Below are positions 46,890-56,514 of a DNA stretch of 64,000 nt, piece by piece. The position numbers and the translations under genes are program-made. Source of the stretch: an uncultured delta proteobacterium (GTDB taxonomy: Bacteria > Desulfobacterota > Binatia > Binatales > Binataceae); the NCBI GenBank assembly GCA_963724765.1, contig CAVRVY010000001.1:704001-768000 (forward strand), in the 5' to 3' direction. The notes under the pieces are model-generated. The model searched no databases. It worked only from the letters and a program-made list of their open reading frames with translations, and was not told the origin of the DNA. Within the stretch, counting starts at the first letter, position 1, and each line of letters starts with the position of its first letter.

Positions 46890-48170
46890 ATGAAAATCTC
46901 GATGTTTCATCTGATGCCGTACCGCGATTTGCCCGCGGATTTCGAAAAGCGCTTTCACTCGGTGTGGGTCGATCCGCCGTACCACGAACTTGCCGATACC
47001 GAGAAGATTGCCAAGTATTACAACTGGACGCTCGACGAGTTGACATACGCCGCCAAGGCCGGGATGGACGGCATCTGCGTAAACGAGCACCATCAGAACG
47101 CCTACGGCTTCATGCCGTCACCCAACCTGATGGGCTCGGCGCTGGCGCGCGCGACCAACGGGCTCAACGTCGCGCTGGTGCAGATGGGCGCGACGCTGCC
47201 CACCACGATTCCGCCCATCCGCGTGGCCGAGGAATACGGGATGCTCGACTGCATCAGCGGCGGCCGCTTGGTGGCCGGGATGCCGTTGGGAACCGCGATG
47301 GATGCGAACCTGTGTTACGGGATCACGCCGATGGAGCATCGCGAGCGCTACTACGAGGCGCACGATCTGATCATGAAGGCGTGGCAGTCCAAAGAGATTT
47401 TCGCCTGGAACGGCAAGTACTTCAAATTGCCGATGGTCAACCTGTGGCCGCGCCCGCTGCAGAAGCCGCATCCGCCGGTATGGATTCCGGGCAGCGGCAG
47501 CCTCAGCACCTGGGATTTCACCGCCAAGCATGACCACTGCTATTGCTTCCTGAGCTACTACGGGAACAACCTCGGCAAGCGCGTGATGGACGGCTTCTGG
47601 GAGTTCGTGGCCAAGAGCAACCTCGACGCCAATCCATATCGCGCCGGCTTCCTGCAGCTCGTGGTGGTCGCCGAGAGCGATGCCAAGGCCGAGGAGCTGT
47701 ACTACCCGCACATCCGTTACTTCTACGACAAATGCCTGCACATCCTGTGGGACTATCAGGCGGTGCCGGGCAACCAGGACCATCGCAGCCTGGTCAACAC
47801 CGTCAAGAATCTGTACCCGATGCAGCTCGACCTGATGTCGAAGGTGCCGAACTGGAAATACAAGGATTTCGTTGAGAACCAGTTCGTGATCGGCGGCAGC
47901 CCCAAGTCGGTAACCGACCAGCTCAAGGCGGCGGTGAAGAAGCTGCGCGTGGGTAATCTGATGGTGCTGCTGCACATCGGCTCGATGCCGCACGAGCTGA
48001 CGCTGAAGAATATCGACATGTTCGCGCGCGAGGTCCAGCCGCATTTCCGCGACATGTGGGACGACGAGTGGGAGAACCGCTGGTGGCCGGAGGGGCTCAA
48101 GCAGAAGAAGCCGGCGGCCGCGCGTCCGGGCGCCGCCGCGCATCCCGCGATGGAACGTGCCGCGAAATAG
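46890..48170 (+). CDS. LLM-class flavin-dependent monooxygenase
   Basis: Motifs FHLMPY, NEHHQNAYG.MPSPN, SGGRLVAG and WPRPLQKPHPP.WIPG.GS. Confidence 0.92.
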   Translation: MKISMFHLMPYRDLPADFEKRFHSVWVDPPYHELADTEKIAKYYNWTLDELTYAAKAGMDGICVNEHHQNAYGFMPSPNLMGSALARATNGLNVALVQMGATLPTTIPPIRVAEEYGMLDCISGGRLVAGMPLGTAMDANLCYGITPMEHRERYYEAHDLIMKAWQSKEIFAWNGKYFKLPMVNLWPRPLQKPHPPVWIPGSGSLSTWDFTAKHDHCYCFLSYYGNNLGKRVMDGFWEFVAKSNLDANPYRAGFLQLVVVAESDAKAEELYYPHIRYFYDKCLHILWDYQAVPGNQDHRSLVNTVKNLYPMQLDLMSKVPNWKYKDFVENQFVIGGSPKSVTDQLKAAVKKLRVGNLMVLLHIGSMPHELTLKNIDMFAREVQPHFRDMWDDEWENRWWPEGLKQKKPAAARPGAAAHPAMERAAK

Positions 48171-48200
48171 TTCGCGCGCGCGCCGCACTCACAGCATAAG

Positions 48201-48231
48201 TCCGGCGCCGGCTCGCAGAACCGGCGCCGGA
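48201..48231. terminator. Intergenic hairpin
   Basis: TCCGGCGCCGG-N9-CCGGCGCCGGA. Confidence 0.4.
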
Positions 48232-48273
48232 TTCTAATACCCCGTCAAATTCAAAAAGAGGGTATAAAGAGCC

Positions 48274-49059
48274 ATGGCCGGAGTTCAGGAACGTACCGTC
48301 AATGTCTGGGATGACAAGATAAAGGCGCGCGTAAAGGTCGCGGGCTCGGGGCCCGCGATAGTCTTTCTGCACGGCGGATGGGGTCCGCGGTGGACCGAGT
48401 TCCATGACACGCTGGCGCGCGAGTTTACCGTGTACGCCCCCGACCATCCGGGCACCAGCGAGGGCGATCCCGAATCGCATCGCTCGCTCGATGATATGTG
48501 GGACCTCGCGCTGTTCTACGACGAGTTATTCGACAAACTCGGCCTCGATCAGCCGGCGGTGGTGGGACATTCGTTCGGCGGGATGGTGGCGGGCGATATC
48601 GCGGCCAATTTTCCCAGGCGCGTCGGCAAGCTGGTGCTCATCGACGCGCTGGGCATCTGGCTCGACGAATGGCCGATTCGCAACTACATGGTGACGCCGA
48701 TCGCCGAGCTCATCCCGATGATCTTCGCCGATCCCAACCATTCGTCGGTTGGAACTTTCGTTCCCAACCCGGCCGACACCGAGGCGATGATCCGCACCCA
48801 CTGGGCGCTCGGATGCACCGGCAAGTTCTGTTGGCCGCTGCCCGACAAGGGCCTGCGCAAGCGCATCCATCGCGTGAGCGCGCCGACCCTGGTGCTGTGG
48901 GGCAAGCAGGACCATCTCATGCCGGCCGCTTATGCCCACGAATTCGTCAAGCTGATCAAGGGAGCGAAGGTGGAGCTTATCGACAAGGCCTCGCACATGC
49001 TGCCGGTAGAGCAGCCGGCGGCGGCGGCCAAGGCGGTGGCGGATTTCGTCAAGCGTTAG
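48274..49059 (+). CDS. Alpha/beta hydrolase
   Basis: Motifs FLHG, GHSFGG, LWGKQD and ASHML. Confidence 0.9.
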   Translation: MAGVQERTVNVWDDKIKARVKVAGSGPAIVFLHGGWGPRWTEFHDTLAREFTVYAPDHPGTSEGDPESHRSLDDMWDLALFYDELFDKLGLDQPAVVGHSFGGMVAGDIAANFPRRVGKLVLIDALGIWLDEWPIRNYMVTPIAELIPMIFADPNHSSVGTFVPNPADTEAMIRTHWALGCTGKFCWPLPDKGLRKRIHRVSAPTLVLWGKQDHLMPAAYAHEFVKLIKGAKVELIDKASHMLPVEQPAAAAKAVADFVKR

Positions 49060-49107
49060 GCGCAAGCGCTGACAGGTGTGGTGGAGAAAGAGGATGAGAC
49101 AGGGGAG

Positions 49108-49695
49108 ATGGCAGTAAAGATGAGAAGAGATATGCTCGGACGGATTATCAAATCAACGTGCCTTGTGCTCGCAGTGGCGTTTTTGGCCGCGGCTACGTGC
49201 ATGGCCGCAAACCTCGACGGAGTACCCGTGCGCAACACCGGCCACTACGCGATTATCGACAGCGATCGCGGCATCATTGTGATCGAGTTATACCCTGCCG
49301 TCGCACCCAAGACGGTCGAAAACTTCGAGACCCTCACCAAGAAGGGTTTCTACAACGGCCTCACCTTCCATCGCGTGGTGCCAGGCTTCGTGGTCCAAGG
49401 CGGCGACCCTAAGGGTGACGGCAGCGGCGGCCCCGGCTACGACCTGCCCGCCGAGATCAGCCCGGCCGAAAAACACCTGCGCGGCTCGGTGGCGACGGCG
49501 CGTCTGGGCGACGCGGTCAATCCGGAACGCAAGTCCAGCGGCAGCCAGTTCTATATCTGCCTCGAGCCGCAGCCCGGCCTCGACGGCCAGTACACGGTCT
49601 TCGGTGGCGTAATCGAGGGGATGGACGTGGTCGACAAAATCCAGGTTGGCGATCACATGAAGAAGGTTACGCTGGCCTCCCAGCCGCCAAAATAA
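49108..49695 (+). CDS. Periplasmic cyclophilin-type peptidyl-prolyl isomerase
   Basis: Motifs APKTVENF, FYNGLTFHRVVPGFVVQGGDP, SGSQFYI and YTVFG; signal-like N-terminus. Confidence 0.94.
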   Translation: MAVKMRRDMLGRIIKSTCLVLAVAFLAAATCMAANLDGVPVRNTGHYAIIDSDRGIIVIELYPAVAPKTVENFETLTKKGFYNGLTFHRVVPGFVVQGGDPKGDGSGGPGYDLPAEISPAEKHLRGSVATARLGDAVNPERKSSGSQFYICLEPQPGLDGQYTVFGGVIEGMDVVDKIQVGDHMKKVTLASQPPK

Positions 49696-49768
49696 ATCCG
49701 TGAGGATCGCAATAGTGGACCGGGCCCTTTCGGTTCGTAAGACGGATCGGAAATAGGTCGGCGGCTAC

Positions 49769-50497
49769 ATGAGCATCGCGGCACGCGGGCCTCAGGCCGG
49801 GCCCTACTTCACCGTCGACCTCCATCTGCACACCAATCGCGGGAGCGCGGATTCCAATCTGTCGCCGCGCGACCTGGTCGAGCGCGCCGGCGCTATCGGC
49901 ATCGGAGCGGTGTGCATCACCGAGCACGACACAATGTGGCCCCTGGCCGAGTTGGGCGAAGCGGCGCGCGAGGCCGGCGTGCTGCTGCTGCGCGGGATGG
50001 AAGTGACGACCGACATGGGCCATATCGGCGTCTTCGGCCTGGACACCTACCTCGGCGGAATCCACAAGCTCGCCGAGTTGCGGCGCATCGCCGACCAGAG
50101 CGGCGCCATCCTGATTGCCAACCATCCCTTCCGCTACAAGCTCGACGCGCGGATGTCGTTTATGAACTCCGACCATGAACCGATCGACCAGGCGCATCCC
50201 GACCGCGCGGCCGGGCTCGAGATTTTCCGCATGGTCGACGCGATCGAGGCGCTCAACGGCGCCTGCTCGGAAGAGGAAAACCTCTTCGCGCTCAAGGTCG
50301 CCGAGGGTCTAGGGTTGGCCGTGGTAGCGGGCAGCGATTCGCATTCGGCAAGTTCGATCGGATGCGTAACGACGCTTTTTCCGGAGCCGGTCCGCAGCGA
50401 GCGCGAGCTGATCGACGCGATTCGCGCCCGCCGATCGCGCGCCGGCCGCGGACTGCTCAAGAACGCGGTCGCGCCATTCGAGCTTCCCACCGCGTAG
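49769..50497 (+). CDS. PHP-domain metallophosphoesterase
   Basis: Motifs DLHLHT, ITEHD, GMEVTT..GH, NHPFR and GSDSH. Confidence 0.9.
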   Translation: MSIAARGPQAGPYFTVDLHLHTNRGSADSNLSPRDLVERAGAIGIGAVCITEHDTMWPLAELGEAAREAGVLLLRGMEVTTDMGHIGVFGLDTYLGGIHKLAELRRIADQSGAILIANHPFRYKLDARMSFMNSDHEPIDQAHPDRAAGLEIFRMVDAIEALNGACSEEENLFALKVAEGLGLAVVAGSDSHSASSIGCVTTLFPEPVRSERELIDAIRARRSRAGRGLLKNAVAPFELPTA

Positions 50498-50557
50498 ATC
50501 GCATCGACTTAGGGAAATTTTGGAGTGAAAGATCGGGGTCGAATCAGCGAGGCCTCC

Positions 50558-53500
50558 TTACGGCAGGCTGCAATCGAGGACGATAGCTGTGACTTGGCGC
50601 CTATTTCCTGAAAGCGTGTCGGCTTCCCCATCAAGAATTGTTGTGCTTCCTCGCGCGTCGCGAACGGGACCGTCGACGTAGATAGTCAGATTTGTTCCAG
50701 TGCTCGCGTTCTAACCACGCGACAACGTAGAGGCCGTGTCTGCAATCGGAATGAGCAAAGTAGTCATCGACGAGTTGGGCCTTCATTGCGGTCTTCAAAT
50801 CTTTGTTCCAACAGCCCTTTACTTCGATGATTGCTTTAACGCGGTCGAGATGTTCATCGCGTCGCCGAGCGATCGCATCAACGTGTATGTCAACCGACGC
50901 CCCTCGACCGCGCTCGCTCGGATAAATTTCGAGTTCCCGCCCCGCGACGACTCCGCGCGCCTTCAAGTCGTCGTCTAAACGCGCCCTTGATGTAGTCCGA
51001 TAGCGCACTCTCATCCTTCGGCTTGCGACTAGACTCATCCCAGAGGAACCTTGCGCGAGGTGTTTCTGACCTCAGCCTTTCCTGAAGGCGACTCAATGCT
51101 TCTCCGACGACCGACAACAACTCGTCACCGTTCCTAACAAGGCGTTTTTCGCCACTACCGACAAGCTCAGAGAGCATAGCGGGATCGGGAGGACTCCACT
51201 CTTGGCGCCGCGAACTTTCTTTGGTTCGATCAGTAGTACTTGCAGCCAATCGAGTTCTGGACATGCGTCAATAATTCTCTCGATCGCGGTACATGCGCGC
51301 TTCGACGCCTTCGCCTTTAATCGTTGAAGCAAGTTGTCGCGCAAGAAAACGATCGAATCGCGGGGACTGACGCGTGGACCCATCGTGGCGCGCGACCTAT
51401 TTCCGGGAAGCGGCTTCGCCAATTGAATAATCGGCAAGCTCGTCCTTATCGAGTTCGTCGAGAACCGCAGGTTGATCGATGATTCCGTTAGCGCACACCG
51501 CTAGCATGACGTCTCTGCCGAAATCCTCGTCGGTCTTGATAGCGCGCCAAACCTGAAGCCAAGCCTCATGATCGCCGTGTATAAGTAGTTCTCTTGCTGC
51601 GACCAATGACCGTTGCCTTTGCTGCCCTTCGGTTGGCGGCGGAACTGTTACAAACCGTAGGGCATGATCGCGCGCTTGCGCCGCTTCTGTTCCAAGAAGC
51701 ATAGACAAGAGGTAACCTTCCTGCTCGGGTGTGAGCTTCCCGCCTTCGAGGATTTTTAAGAGGGCTGACCAGAGCAACTCTCCCGCCACACCGCGCAGTA
51801 AGTCGAAGACGAACGCGATTTGGGCCAACCTGTTCTGTTTATCACCCTCGATTAGTCGAATCGCCGTGTCTACGACGCGTTCGGCCGCTTGGACATAGGC
51901 TATCTTTCCGAGCTCGCGCTGAACTTCCTGTTCGTCCTCGCCGAAAGACGGCCAGGAAAAGATAGCCGGCGTCCAACGTGCCCATACCTCAGGCGGAAGG
52001 CGTTCAAATACGTCGGCTGTCTCAAGCTTGAGCAGGCGCAGAGCACGGTATCCGGATACGGGTTCGTAACGAAGGTTGCCCGTCCCTAGCCACACAGAAG
52101 TTCGTGGATCGCCAGATTCCAAGTAAGCTGGAGCCGTCGCGACAATCCTCACCCTCGTAGCATCGTCAAGGACGCTCCAACCGGGTAACGCGCGGAGATC
52201 GCTTTGGATAGTGTCTGGAGCTGCATTGGGCTTATATGCCAACGCCTTATTGATTCGCCACCACGCATCGAAGTCTCCTGCGGCGAAGAGATTTAGCTGT
52301 TGAGAGACGTAGGCCTGAACATCGAATTTTTTCGCGGTTTGAGCGTCGCTGCGGTTCGACAGTCGTTGAATTTCTAAATGACGGGAGAATTGCTCTGTGA
52401 GAGCTGTCGCCTCGGGCGACATCAGCGCCACTCGCCTCCGAAATACATTTACTTCCTTTTGAGATTGTCGATCCGCTGTTCCTCTTCGTAATTTATCTCG
52501 AACTGAGTGGGATCACACGGATCAAATGCGAACTTTATCACTCTCGCTAGTATAGACTGATTCGCTGGCGCTGCTGACCGCAATTCCTTCAAAAGCCAGG
52601 GGACATCCGGGGTGCGAACAAGATGGCTGAACAATAAAGTAACAGCGCTGTCATCGTCATCAGAGATACGAGAAAGAGAGGCCAGCGCGAGTGCGCGCCG
52701 TCGCTCGTGGTCGTTATTAAACAACTGCTTCAGGCGTTCGCTCTCATTGTCGAATCCCACGAGCGAAATCAAGGAATGGCGAGCCTTCAGCCTCGGAATC
52801 GCGGCCAGTGCGAATGCGTCAGCGATTGATTTATCGCCAAGGTGGCTCCATGCCTTCACAAAAATCATGACGATGAAACGTTCAACACGAAACGCAGCAT
52901 CCGGCGTTGCCGGATGCCGCGCGGCCCATTCTAGGGCGATCGGCAAGTTCGCTGCTTCTAAAGCCGGCATAATCTGGGTACTAAGAAAGAACTGGTAACT
53001 GCCGATGTGGTTCTCTTCCTTGGGCGCGGACAGCGCTGAAAACAACTCAGTGGCAGTCATTCGCTGGGGCCAAAGGAGTCGTAACGCTTCGCCTCGAAGA
53101 TCATCCCCCGCCGCGAACCCCGGAGGGCTCAAGAGCCATGATTTGATCGAATCCAGCGAAGCTGAATCGCCGCAGTCGGCGAGAGCGGAAATGGCGCGCG
53201 AACGAAGTTCGTCGCGTTCCAACTCGTCAATCGCCAATCACGCCAGATTCGGGCCGAGTTCGCGCAGTTTGCATTGTTCCGCCATTTCGATCGCGACCCG
53301 TCGTGCCATGAAAATTCTTGACCGATCCCTTATGAGCGGCCTCAGTTGGTCGGCCAGTTGTGGGTGCAACAGTTTGTGATAGTGCCGGCGGAAATCCCGC
53401 CATACGTCATGTTCGAGCCCTCCCTCGATTGCCGCAATCAGCGAGGCGACGAGCTTCGCGCGCCTATGGGTGCCATGCACTCCAACGTCACTGGCGAGCA

Positions 53501-56135
53501 AGGCACCCGGGTCATCTTCTACCAGCGCGTCGAACAAATCCGTTCTCATCGTGGCTAGCCAAGTCATCGCCTCTCGCAGCTGAGGAACGACCACCCGCTT
53601 CCCGCTTTCGATCTGGGTGACCAAGGCAAGAAGCTGCACAAGCGGGGTATGTCGGACGACCAGGTAGTGGGCTGCCAAGAACTCGCCGTAGGTCTGGTGC
53701 GCAAATCCGAGACGGTCTGGTCCTCGCCGGCTGAACAGCCCGGTTCGAAGTGACTCTTCAATCTCAGGTTTCCCGACGTCAAACTCGCGACCATTGTCTC
53801 CCTCTCGTCCGCCGACCAGGTCCTCTATGCACAGGTCGCGCGCTTCGCGCAAAGCTGAGTCGGAGGCGGTCAGAATGGTAGGTCGATTTACAAAAGAAGC
53901 TTGTCGCTGCAATGCGCGCGGCCACCAGCAACCGCTGACCCGCAGTGAAGTGTCCTTCAAACCCCGCCATCCAGCGACTCCGGCTCGACTCCTGCGCCAA
54001 GAGCTCGCAGCCACGCAAGTACAGGTCTCTCTTGCTAGATGGAAGTTTTCCGTCGCGTGCAAATTGCTCTAGCAGGAACTTGAGGGTCAGAGGCTTAATC
54101 GCTTGAGGAATTACGTCGGCTCTAGCAGGCCGTTGAGGAAGGGGTTTGATTAGTCAGGGTGATCGCCGTGGTAGTGATAGAAGCGCTGGATTTAGTAATC
54201 GGGTTCGACGGTATTTCGCTGGCCGAGGCGAGCGCGGCGGTATGGTGGAGTCGTGCTTCATGCGGGGGCCGGGTCGAGTCTGGCGATTCGGAGCAGGTTG
54301 TAGGCGGCGGCCATCAGGTAGGCGTGGAGTTGGGTGCGGTCGAGGCCGCAATAGCGCGTTTTGCGCAGGCCGCCCACGGTCTTCATCCAGCCGAAGATCT
54401 CTTCGACCCGCTTGCGTACCCTTTGGCTCACCGCGTAGCCGGCATGACGGGCAGTGCGGCGGTCGAGTGCGGAGCCGCCGGCGCGACTCTCATTGCGCGC
54501 GAGGTGCGGGGTGACCTTGAGTGCGCGGCACGCGGCGACGAACTCGGCAGTGTCGTAGCCCTTGTCGGCACCCAGTGTAATCCGCCGGCTGCCCGGCAAC
54601 GCGGTCTCCAGCATCGCACGGGCACTTTTGCGCTCGGCGTAGCCGTCGGCTGGTTCGACCGCGAACTCGATCAGAAGACCGTTGCGGTTCTCCATCAGCG
54701 CGTTGGCCGAGTAACACAACTTCGCTTCCTTGCCCGCGCCCTTCTTCGCCAGCTTCGCCTCGGGGTCGGTGGTCGACTGATGAGTCGCGTTGCGGCGGCG
54801 CTCGCCGTGGAAGTTAATCGTCGGGTTGCCGGGGTCGTCGGGCGGCTGGCTCGGTTCCCGCTCCTTGCGCTTGAATCTCTGTGAGCACCGCCTAGGTCTG
54901 GATCAGCGTGCCATCCACGGCGAAGGCTCGTCCGAAAGCAACTGCATGGTCCGGGCCTGCGCGACCACGCGGGTAAAAAATTCGCGCGCCACGTCGTGCT
55001 CCAAAAGCCGCGCCCGGTTGCGCGAGAAGGTCGAATGGTCGAAGCTCGGCTCGGCCGCATCCAGATCGAGGAACCACGGAAAAACAGGTTGTAGTCGAGC
55101 TGCTCGCACAACATCCGTTCGCTGCGCACCGTATAGAGCGCCATCAGCAACGAGCCCTTCAGCAGTCGCTCGGGCGGGATCGACGGCCGTCCGATCGCGC
55201 TGTACATCTCATCGAACAGCGGCGAAAGGTGCGACCAAAGCCGCATCGGCGAGTTCCTTGACCCGCCGCAGCGGATGCTCCTTCGGCACCCGATCGCCAG
55301 GCTCCATGATCATCAATATCGCCCGCTGCCGCCGCTCTTCTCCCCGCATCTGCCGCTTCCTCCACCAATCCGATTGCTCACTCTGACGAATTATATCGAA
55401 GTGAAATTGAGGCTTTTTTATCAACGGCCTGACGAGAGATTGCCGTCAGGAATCATCGGACTCAGAGCGATTTGCTTAGCCGATAGGTAAACGTCGCGTC
55501 GTCGGAGCGGAGCCAATTCGAAGATGCCGGTCTGGTCCTTCGGCCAAAGTGCTGAAAGCTCGTCGCTCAATTCCGTGGGCCATTCCGCAGCCCGGCAAGC
55601 GATCCGAAGCAGCAACCGCTCGACCGGATATTGTTTGCGTTTGAATTTCGTGATCAGAAACGGCGCGAGGTTTCGGATAAGGAGCCGGCACTCGTCGAAG
55701 CTGTCGAGAAAGAGATGCAGCTGCCTATTGGAGGCCAGCCACGTCCGAAACGTGTTTCCTCGAACACGTCTCGGTCCAACTGCTCTATACTGCTGTATGC
55801 TGAAGCTCGATCCATTCGATAAGGTTTCCAGAGTGCACAGCATCTTCTTCGATTGCCTTGCGCTCTGAGTTCAGCGTGTCTGTTTTCCCGATGCCCGGTT
55901 CGCCCAGAAACACTAAGAAGCGCTTCGTACTGATGTCCGAGAAACGTACGAGATTGGGACTAATGGGTGCAGCGTGAACACTATCTGGATCGGGCGGATA
56001 GCCATTGAAGTCGAGGTTAATTGCACTTCCGCTCGGGCACCAGAATCGGGTCCAAGGAAAATACGGCGATTCCCTTACGGTAGCGGGCCGTGTGGGCTCG
56101 TCCCGCTCGCCGCTGTCGCGCGAGTTAGCAAGCAT
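50558..56135 (-). pseudogene. Fragmented NACHT/STAND-type NTPase with a helical-repeat region and C-terminal PD-(D/E)XK-like nuclease; split by an IS
   Basis: Pieces in order: Walker A LGEPGIGKT, Walker B LFLDSFDEC, RIACR, FELAPL, AIKPLTL, FAHQTYGEFLAA, a helical region, then DIHVD...IIEVKGCWN and VTAIVLDCSLP*. It carries an in-frame TGA at 53238-53240 and many frameshifts. Confidence 0.8.
54126..55431 (-). mobile_element. IS5-family insertion sequence (~1.3 kb) with a frameshifted transposase
   Basis: Terminal inverted repeats CAGGCCGTTGA (54126-54136) and TCAACGGCCTG (55421-55431), with CTAG on the left flank. Transposase motifs: HPLR, GRPSIPPERLL, RSER, VDGTLI, ADKGYD, RKRVEEIFGW.K and AAYNL.R. 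Confidence 0.9.
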
Positions 56136-56514
56136 GGCTCGTTAGTTTAGCACAAGCGTTGCCGCCGAGGGCTTCCCTCCGACCTCGGCTGGGGGGCGAA
56201 TTGCTGCGAGCACTGAGGATTGGCCGTGTTGCCAGCCGCGAGCCGCTCCGGTAGCGAATCTGCCCGACAGCAGTCTCACTACAATTGCCGCGAACCTCAA
56301 GCGCAGTGCCCTTATCGCGCGAGGGAGACGGCCCGCGCATAGCGAAAAGATCAGAACGAGGAAGCGCCGCAGAAAACGGACATCCGGCGCTTCTTCGCTC
56401 GATCCCCACTTAATCCTCCCAAAACACGGGGGAGAAGTCAGAAACAGACTATCACGCTCTCAGCGCACCGATCTTCGTTGGTCGCGGCGTCCATAGCGTG
56501 ACGATTGCTCTACC

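Noticed and set aside
53238-53240. Selenocysteine or programmed read-through at the in-frame TGA
   Set aside because: No redox motif or evident SECIS-like hairpin, and the gene has many other lesions.
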